30,013 bases of DNA, from contig JAHIOR010000032.1 of NCBI GenBank assembly GCA_018895125.1, positions 1-30,013 of the forward strand. Direction: 5' to 3'. The notes under the pieces are model-generated. The model was not told where the DNA came from. It saw only the letters and a list, made by a program, of their open reading frames with translations, and made no database searches. The stretch's first letter is position 1, and every line of letters starts with the position of its first letter. This document shows, in pieces, positions 24,200-30,013 of the stretch. The stretch comes from Patescibacteria group bacterium. Its GTDB lineage: Bacteria > Patescibacteriota > Minisyncoccia > Minisyncoccales > GWA2-46-15. Made by a program: the position numbers and the translations under genes.

Positions 24200-25165
24200 A
24201 TGTCAAAGATTCAACCCTCTAGTAAACATATTGTTTGTCTTGGCGGAGGGAATGCCATGCCAAGAGCTGTTCTCACTGGTTTAAAGAAATATCCAGTGAG
24301 TCTTTCGGTTATCTGCGCCATGCTTGATACCGGAGGGTCAACCGGTCGTCTTAAGCACGATTACAAAATTACTTCTCCGGGAGATATTAAATGGGCCTTA
24401 CTGGCTTTATCCAATACCTCTCCGGCAATAAAGGATTTATTCTCTTTTAGATTTGAAAATGGTCAGTTTAAAGGCCATAACTTTGCCAATCTTTTGATCA
24501 TGGCTCTTGAACTGACTACTAACAATTACAGCAAGGCAATCAAGGAAATGAAAAAACTTCTTAACGTTTCTCATCAGGTTTTTCCAGCCACTTTAGATAA
24601 ATCAAATATTTTTGCTATTTTAGAAAATGGCAAGATAATTTCCGGAGAAACTAATATTGATAGACCCAAGCATAATGGCCGTCTTAAAATTAAAAAAGTC
24701 TTTTTAAGACCCAAAGCCAAAGCTTATAAGCCAGCCCTAAAGGCAATCAAGGAAGCAGATTTGATTGTAATTGGTCCTGGAGATTTATATTCCTCTCTAG
24801 CTCAAATCCTCTTAGTTAAAGGCATGTCAGAGGCAATTAAAAAGAGCCAAGCTAAAAAGGTTTACATTGCTAATTTGATGACAAAATACGGTGAAACTAA
24901 TAATTTTTCAGTTAAAGATTTTGCCCTTGAAGTTGAAAAATATCTTGGCAGTTCTTTGGACTATGTTATTTATAATAATTCTATTCCCTTGGCAAAAGAG
25001 CGCCGAATCTATCTTAAAAGTCATCCGGAATTATTAACCTTAGTTAGAGTAGATAAAAATTTACCTATTGATAAATTTATTGGTTCTGACTTGCTTGAAA
25101 AGGGATTTATTGAACATGATCCAAGCAAGCTTTCAAAAGTTATTATTAAGCTTTTAAAAAACTAA
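24200..25165 (+). CDS. yvcK: YvcK/GlmR (CofD-related, UPF0052) UDP-GlcNAc-binding protein
   Basis: IVCLGGG, DTGGSTGRL, PGDI, GHNFANL, GETNID, AIKEADLIVIGPG.LYSS, NLMTKYGET. Confidence 0.88.
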   Translation: MSKIQPSSKHIVCLGGGNAMPRAVLTGLKKYPVSLSVICAMLDTGGSTGRLKHDYKITSPGDIKWALLALSNTSPAIKDLFSFRFENGQFKGHNFANLLIMALELTTNNYSKAIKEMKKLLNVSHQVFPATLDKSNIFAILENGKIISGETNIDRPKHNGRLKIKKVFLRPKAKAYKPALKAIKEADLIVIGPGDLYSSLAQILLVKGMSEAIKKSQAKKVYIANLMTKYGETNNFSVKDFALEVEKYLGSSLDYVIYNNSIPLAKERRIYLKSHPELLTLVRVDKNLPIDKFIGSDLLEKGFIEHDPSKLSKVIIKLLKN

Positions 25166-25166
25166 T

Positions 25167-26411
25167 ATGCAAGCTGTTATTATCGCTGCTGGCGAGTCTT
25201 CAAGGTTTTGGCCCTTGAACCAAAAGCACAAGGGATTGACTAAAATTATGGGTAAATCTCTGATTGCTTGCCTTGTAGAAGATTTGAAAAAATCCGGTAT
25301 TAAAAACATTATTATTGTCCAATCTTCAAAAAAAGATATTGAAAATGACCTTAAAGATGATTTCATTCAATATGTTATTCAGAAAAAGCCGACTGGAACC
25401 GGTGATGCCTTGCTTTGTGCCGCTAAATTAATAAAAGACAGCCACTTTTTCCTTATTAATGCTGACGAGATAGATGCAAAAGAGGCAATCAGTTTGATGC
25501 TTGCCAAGGTTAAAAAGAATAAGAAGGGTTTGTTAATGCTTGCCAGTGAAACAGAAACTCCTTGGTTTTTTGGCGTTATTAAAGTTAAGGGCAATAAGGT
25601 TTTAGAGATTGTTGAAAAGCCCAAACAGGGGAAAGAGCTCTCTAATTTAAAGAACGACAATCTCTTTTTGATGCCTAAAGATTTTCTAGATTATCTTAAG
25701 AAAATTCCCTCTCACCCTTTTTCTTTAATTTATGCTTTGAATATTTATGCCCAAAAGCAAAAAGCAGAAATTGTTGTTTTTCCAAATCAAACTTTATCTT
25801 TAAAATATCCTTGGAATATATTGCCCATTTTATGGAAGAAGCTGGCAGAGTTAAAAAGCTTCAAACATAAAACAGCAATTATTGGCAAAAATGTAGTCAT
25901 TCATGGTAAAGTTTTTATTGGTTCTGGAACAAAGATTGGAGATAATACTGTCATTCACGGTCCTTGCTATATCGGTAAAAACTGTGAGATAGGGGCCAGT
26001 AATGTTTTTAGGGGCCCGGTTAATCTTGAAGATAATGTTAAAACCGGATCTTTTTTTGAAATAAAATCCAGTTTAGTACAGACCGGAACACATTTTCATT
26101 CTGGATATTTGGGCGATTCTTCAGTTGGCAGCGATTGTCGGTTTGGCGGCGGTTTTATGTCTGCCAATCGCAGAATTGACCGGAATCATATTTTTTCAAG
26201 CGTTAAGGGTGATAAAATAAATAGCGGTTTGACATATTTGGGGGTTTGCATCGGAGATAGAACCATGATTAGTGTTGGGGTTAAAATTATGCCCGGAGTA
26301 TTTATCGGTTCTAATTGTGTAGTTGGTCCTGCCACGGTAGTTTTTCAGAATATTAACGACGACACGATTTTTTATCAGGAATTTAAAAACATTGTTAGTA
26401 AGAAAAAGTGA
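25167..26411 (+). CDS. Bifunctional sugar-1-phosphate nucleotidylyltransferase/acetyltransferase (archaeal GlmU-like)
   Basis: AVIIAAG.SSRFWPL, GTGDAL, FGV...IVEKP N-domain; left-handed beta-helix hexapeptide repeats; YLGDS.VG..C.FG, N.RID. Confidence 0.85.
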   Translation: MQAVIIAAGESSRFWPLNQKHKGLTKIMGKSLIACLVEDLKKSGIKNIIIVQSSKKDIENDLKDDFIQYVIQKKPTGTGDALLCAAKLIKDSHFFLINADEIDAKEAISLMLAKVKKNKKGLLMLASETETPWFFGVIKVKGNKVLEIVEKPKQGKELSNLKNDNLFLMPKDFLDYLKKIPSHPFSLIYALNIYAQKQKAEIVVFPNQTLSLKYPWNILPILWKKLAELKSFKHKTAIIGKNVVIHGKVFIGSGTKIGDNTVIHGPCYIGKNCEIGASNVFRGPVNLEDNVKTGSFFEIKSSLVQTGTHFHSGYLGDSSVGSDCRFGGGFMSANRRIDRNHIFSSVKGDKINSGLTYLGVCIGDRTMISVGVKIMPGVFIGSNCVVGPATVVFQNINDDTIFYQEFKNIVSKKK

Positions 26412-27529
26412 AAGTCATTAAAGTAGGCAATCAAAGTCAGGCAATCAGACAGGCTACAATTAAAAAAGCAATTGCTGTCTTGAAGAAAGGCGGTCTTGTC
26501 ATTTATCCAACAGAGACTTGTTATGGCATTGGCGCTGATGCCACTAACTTAAAAGCTGTTGAAAAAGTTTTGCAGTTTAAGGGCAGTCGGGGGAATAAGC
26601 CAGTTTCAATAGCAGTGGCAAATAAAGAAATGGCTGAGAAATATGTTCTTATTAATAGTACGGCTGCTAATTTGTATAAGGAGTTTCTGCCTGGCCCCTT
26701 GACCGTAGTTTCCAAGAGCAGACAAAAGACAGCTAGGCTTTTAGAAGCGGGCCAGGAAACTTTGGGTATCAGGATTCCTGATTATGATTTAATTATTAAA
26801 ATAATCAAAGAATTCAATCGTCCTATTACTTCAACTTCAGCTAATACTTCGGGAAAGAAAACCCCATACTGCTTAAATGACGTTTTAAAATACACGACTC
26901 CAAAACGCCTTGGTTTAGTTGACTTGTTTTTAGACGCGGGCCGTTTGCCCTTTCATTTACCCACAACCGTGGTTGACACAACTCTGAACGAGCCCAAGGC
27001 TTTGCGCCAGGGGGAGATAAAGATTAAAGCGACTTCAAAAAACACTTTTATATCAGGCTCTGAAGAAGAAACTAAAAAGATTGCCCAGGATATTTTTAAG
27101 AAGTATGAAAAAGTTCTAGTTAAGAAGAGTTTGATCTTTGCTCTTCAGGGAGAATTGGGTTCTGGCAAAACCCAGTTTGCCAAGGGGTTGGGATTGTTTT
27201 TAAATATAAAGAATAATATTACTTCGCCAACCTTTACCATCATCCGCGAATACCCGTTCAGTTTAAGCCCACAAAGGCTACAGAGGCCCGGCCTCTGTAA
27301 ATCTGGAGTGTTTTACCATTTGGATACCTGGCGGCTTGAGAAAGGAGAAGAATTATTGACCCTGGGTCTGGAAAAAATGCTTTCTTCAAAAAATGTTGTT
27401 GCCATCGAGTGGATGCAAAAAATCAGACCAATTTTAAAACAGCTTCAATCCAAAAAGAAAACCCAGATTATCTGGGTTATGATTGAGTTTTTATCTGAAA
27501 ACCAGCGGCGGATTACTTATCGTGGTTAA
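26408..27529 (+). CDS. tsaC-tsaE: Fused TsaC (YrdC/Sua5-N) and TsaE t6A biosynthesis protein
   Basis: YPTETCYGIG, PGPLT, GIRIP, STSAN, TTVVD...LRQG, then SEEET, GELGSGKT (Walker A), SPTF, YHLD.WRL, IEW, in one uninterrupted ORF. Confidence 0.9.
   Translation: MKVIKVGNQSQAIRQATIKKAIAVLKKGGLVIYPTETCYGIGADATNLKAVEKVLQFKGSRGNKPVSIAVANKEMAEKYVLINSTAANLYKEFLPGPLTVVSKSRQKTARLLEAGQETLGIRIPDYDLIIKIIKEFNRPITSTSANTSGKKTPYCLNDVLKYTTPKRLGLVDLFLDAGRLPFHLPTTVVDTTLNEPKALRQGEIKIKATSKNTFISGSEEETKKIAQDIFKKYEKVLVKKSLIFALQGELGSGKTQFAKGLGLFLNIKNNITSPTFTIIREYPFSLSPQRLQRPGLCKSGVFYHLDTWRLEKGEELLTLGLEKMLSSKNVVAIEWMQKIRPILKQLQSKKKTQIIWVMIEFLSENQRRITYRG
27279..27299. repeat. Perfect REP-like palindrome inside the TsaE coding region
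   Basis: TACAGAGGCC-C-GGCCTCTGTA; encodes QRPGLC within an apparent loop insertion. Confidence 0.8.
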
Positions 27530-27631
27530 ATAAGTTGTTGTTTAATTTTCTTAAGAGTCTAGTCATTATTAAGTTAGAATGAAAATTCTTTCAGAATTTA
27601 CAGACAATATTCATTTTAATCAAGGTATAAA

Positions 27632-28678
27632 ATGAAAAAGCATTATTTAATTTTATCAATTGATACTTCTTGCGACGATACCGCAGCTTCAGTTACTGAT
27701 GGAGATTTAGTTTTGTCTAATATTATTTCTTCTCAAGTTGAATTTCACAAAGAGTATGGCGGGGTGGTACCTAATCTGGCTAAAAGAATGCATCAGCAGC
27801 TAATTAATCCAGTCATTGCCAGAGCCCTGGCAACAGCCAGAGTAAGCTTAAAAGAAATTAATGCTATTGCTGTTACAGTTGGTCCTGGCTTAGCGCCAGC
27901 TTTGGAAGTTGGGGTTGCCAAAGCAAAAGAACTGGCTAAAAAGTTTAATAAGCCATTGATTAGTGTCAATCACATGGAGGGGCATTTGCTGTCTTCTTTT
28001 GCCTGCAATTCTCAAGGACAAGGAGCTTTTTCTAAGACCGGGCCGCGTTTTCCCATCCTTGGCCTTTTGGTTTCCGGCGGCCATACTCAGTTGGTTTTGA
28101 TGATGGATTTTGGCAAGTACCAATTGTTCGGGGAAACTTTAGATGACGCTGCCGGTGAAGCTTTTGATAAAGTAGCTAAGATGCTTGGCCTTGGTTATCC
28201 GGGCGGCCCAATTATGTCTGAATTGGCTAAAACAGGTATTTCTAAATATGAATTGCCGGTACCAATGATTGGCTCTAAGGATCTAAATTTTAGCTTTTCA
28301 GGATTAAAAACAGCTTGCCTTTATAAGCTGCAAAAACTAGCTAAGCCCTGGGATAAGCAATTTTATTGTGATTTTGCCGCTTCCTTTGAAAAAGTCGCTA
28401 TTGAATCCTTGATGATAAAATTAAAGAAAGCTATTGAGATTTATCATCCTAAACAAATTGTTTTGGGAGGGGGAGTAATTAATAATTTGAAGTTGAGAAA
28501 AGAAGCTAGAAGAACAGCTAAGCAATTTGGTTTAAGAATATTTATTCCATATAGCGAAAAGCTTTTCAGTGATAACGCTGCTATGATTGGAATTTGTGCT
28601 TTTCATCAAGCTCAGAGAAACGATTTCGTTAAAAAGATTGATTTACTTGATCGTCAGCCTAGTCTTAATTTTAAATAA
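27632..28678 (+). CDS. tsaD: tRNA N6-threonylcarbamoyltransferase
   Basis: DTSCDDT, YGGVVP.LA.R.H, GPGL, NHMEGH, VSGGHT, DDAAGEAFDK, FSFSGLKT, DNAAMI. Confidence 0.97.
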   Translation: MKKHYLILSIDTSCDDTAASVTDGDLVLSNIISSQVEFHKEYGGVVPNLAKRMHQQLINPVIARALATARVSLKEINAIAVTVGPGLAPALEVGVAKAKELAKKFNKPLISVNHMEGHLLSSFACNSQGQGAFSKTGPRFPILGLLVSGGHTQLVLMMDFGKYQLFGETLDDAAGEAFDKVAKMLGLGYPGGPIMSELAKTGISKYELPVPMIGSKDLNFSFSGLKTACLYKLQKLAKPWDKQFYCDFAASFEKVAIESLMIKLKKAIEIYHPKQIVLGGGVINNLKLRKEARRTAKQFGLRIFIPYSEKLFSDNAAMIGICAFHQAQRNDFVKKIDLLDRQPSLNFK

Positions 28679-28706
28679 TTTAATTTTAGGGTATAGTTAT
28701 AATATA

Positions 28707-30013
28707 ATGATGTCTTTAGAAAAAACAGATCCGGAAATAGCTGAATTGATTCTGGGTGAAGAAAATCGCCAGCAGGATTCCTTAATAATGATCCCTTCGG
28801 AAAACTATACTTCTTTGGCTGTCAGGGAGGCCTTAGGATCTGTTTTGACTGATAAATATAGCGAAGGCTATCCGGGCAAAAGATATTATCAGGGCAATGA
28901 AATGGTAGATCAGATTGAAAAGCTTGCCATTGCCAGAGCTAAGAAATTATTTGAAGTTGCTCATGTTAATGTTCAGCCGCATTCCGGTTGCGAAGCTAAT
29001 CTGGCTATTCTAACAGCTCTTTGCCGGATTAATGACCCTATTTTGTCCCAGCATCTTTATATGGGCGGACATTTATCAATGGGTCAGGAAGCCTCAATAA
29101 CTTCTAAAATTTATCAGCCCCATTATTACGGACTAACCAAGGATGGAGATATTAATTGGTTAGAATTAGAGAGTCAGGCTAAAAAATATCGTCCTAAGAT
29201 TATTTTCTGTGGTGGCACTGGTTTTACTAAGGTTTTTAATTTTTCCCGTTTTGCTAAAATTGCCGATAAAATTAATGCTTACTTTATTGCTGATGTTTCC
29301 CATATTGGCGGCCTGATAGTTGGAGGGGCTCATCCATCTCCCAAGAACCATGCCCATGTTATTATGACCACGACCCATAAAACTTTGAGAGGGCCAAGAG
29401 GAGCCATGATTATGATAACTAAAAAAGGGCTTAAAAAAGATCCTGATTTGCCAGTCAAGATTGATAAAGCAGTTTTTCCAGGCCTTCAGGGCGGGCCCCA
29501 CAATAATAATATTACCGCTTTGGCAGTGGCCTTGAATGAAGCTTCAATTCCTAGTTTTCAGCGTTATTCAAAACAGACTGTTGAAAACAGTCAGGTCCTA
29601 GCTGCTAAATTGATTAAATATGATTTTAAACTTATTGGTGGCGGCAGCCAGAATCATATGATTTGGATTGATTTAAATAATAAAAGGGTTGATGGTTGGA
29701 CCATGGCTTGGGCTTGCGAAGCAGCTGGCATTATTTGTAACCGTCAGACCATTCCTTTTGACAAGAAGTCTCCATATTATCCTTCAGGATTAAGATTGGG
29801 AACGCCAGCTTTAACAACCAGGGGCATGAAAGAAAAAGAAATGGTTTTAATCGCTGGTTGGTTGAATGAAATTATCGAGCGTTTGAAAAATATCGATTTA
29901 AAAGACATTGGTAGCCACGATAAGGAAAAAGACCAGCAAGCCAGAAAGATATTCAAGCAGCAGATTTTTAAAGATAAACGCCTTTTGGATATTAAAAAAC
30001 AAGTCCGAGAACT
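28707..30013 (+). CDS. glyA: Serine hydroxymethyltransferase, 3'-truncated by the window edge (absent from ORF track)
   Basis: DPEI...E..RQ...L.MIPSEN, KYSEGYPGKRYYQG, TTTHKTLRGPRG (PLP lysine), FPGLQGGP; the frame is open at the window end. Confidence 0.96.
   Translation, partial: MMSLEKTDPEIAELILGEENRQQDSLIMIPSENYTSLAVREALGSVLTDKYSEGYPGKRYYQGNEMVDQIEKLAIARAKKLFEVAHVNVQPHSGCEANLAILTALCRINDPILSQHLYMGGHLSMGQEASITSKIYQPHYYGLTKDGDINWLELESQAKKYRPKIIFCGGTGFTKVFNFSRFAKIADKINAYFIADVSHIGGLIVGGAHPSPKNHAHVIMTTTHKTLRGPRGAMIMITKKGLKKDPDLPVKIDKAVFPGLQGGPHNNNITALAVALNEASIPSFQRYSKQTVENSQVLAAKLIKYDFKLIGGGSQNHMIWIDLNNKRVDGWTMAWACEAAGIICNRQTIPFDKKSPYYPSGLRLGTPALTTRGMKEKEMVLIAGWLNEIIERLKNIDLKDIGSHDKEKDQQARKIFKQQIFKDKRLLDIKKQVRE

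Noticed and set aside
27579-27635. 18-codon uORF MKILSEFTDNIHFNQGIK overlapping the tsaD ATG
   Set aside because: No SD, no amino-acid bias typical of attenuators, and such ORFs are common by chance in AT-rich DNA.
29065-29085. GlyA GGHLSMG instead of GGHLTHG
   Set aside because: A single substitution, with the PLP-lysine motif and other motifs intact; insufficient to claim altered function.
896-29501. Short overlapping ORFs in the track (e.g. 896-1315, 1596-1784, 5878-6243, 5888-6325, 9603-9794, 18109-18402, 21746-21997, 29166-29501)
   Set aside because: They are shadow frames fully inside well-supported genes, with no recognisable motifs.
196-30013. Alternative genetic code (UGA = Gly, as in Gracilibacteria/Absconditabacteria)
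   Set aside because: TGA terminates conserved genes at the expected ends (greA, recO, metG, tatD), and long ORFs are intact under code 11.

Overview
This is an AT-rich bacterial chromosomal window using genetic code 11. Genes are densely packed with ATGA-type overlaps and almost no Shine-Dalgarno motifs. Gene content and style point to a Patescibacteria/CPR (Parcubacteria-like) genome; this is an inference, not a database result. Most of the window is translation housekeeping: a divergent greA, an HD hydrolase, polX, a minus-strand smpB-ssrA(tmRNA)-infC-rpmI-rplT block, five aminoacyl-tRNA synthetases (argS, ileS, glyS, metG, leuS), recO, rsmI, tatD, a TsaC-TsaE fusion, tsaD and a partial glyA. 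The ORF track misses or mis-starts several features: tmRNA 4171-4525, rpmI, the ATT-initiated infC, recO, a frameshifted and internally deleted murA, and glyA. The most unusual signals are: (1) a lone PaaX/Cas2-like gene bracketed by two 35-bp palindromic direct repeats, each followed by short tandem duplications; (2) a related structured ~38-nt element, with compensatory stem changes, in two divergent promoter regions 19 kb apart; (3) short repeats and palindromes sitting in-frame inside housekeeping ORFs, including the same 32-nt heptamer array in rsmI and tatD; (4) a NUDIX domain inserted in the LeuRS editing domain; (5) a mini-MurA remnant opposite yvcK and a glmU-like gene. No CRISPR array, tRNA, rRNA or transposase was seen.
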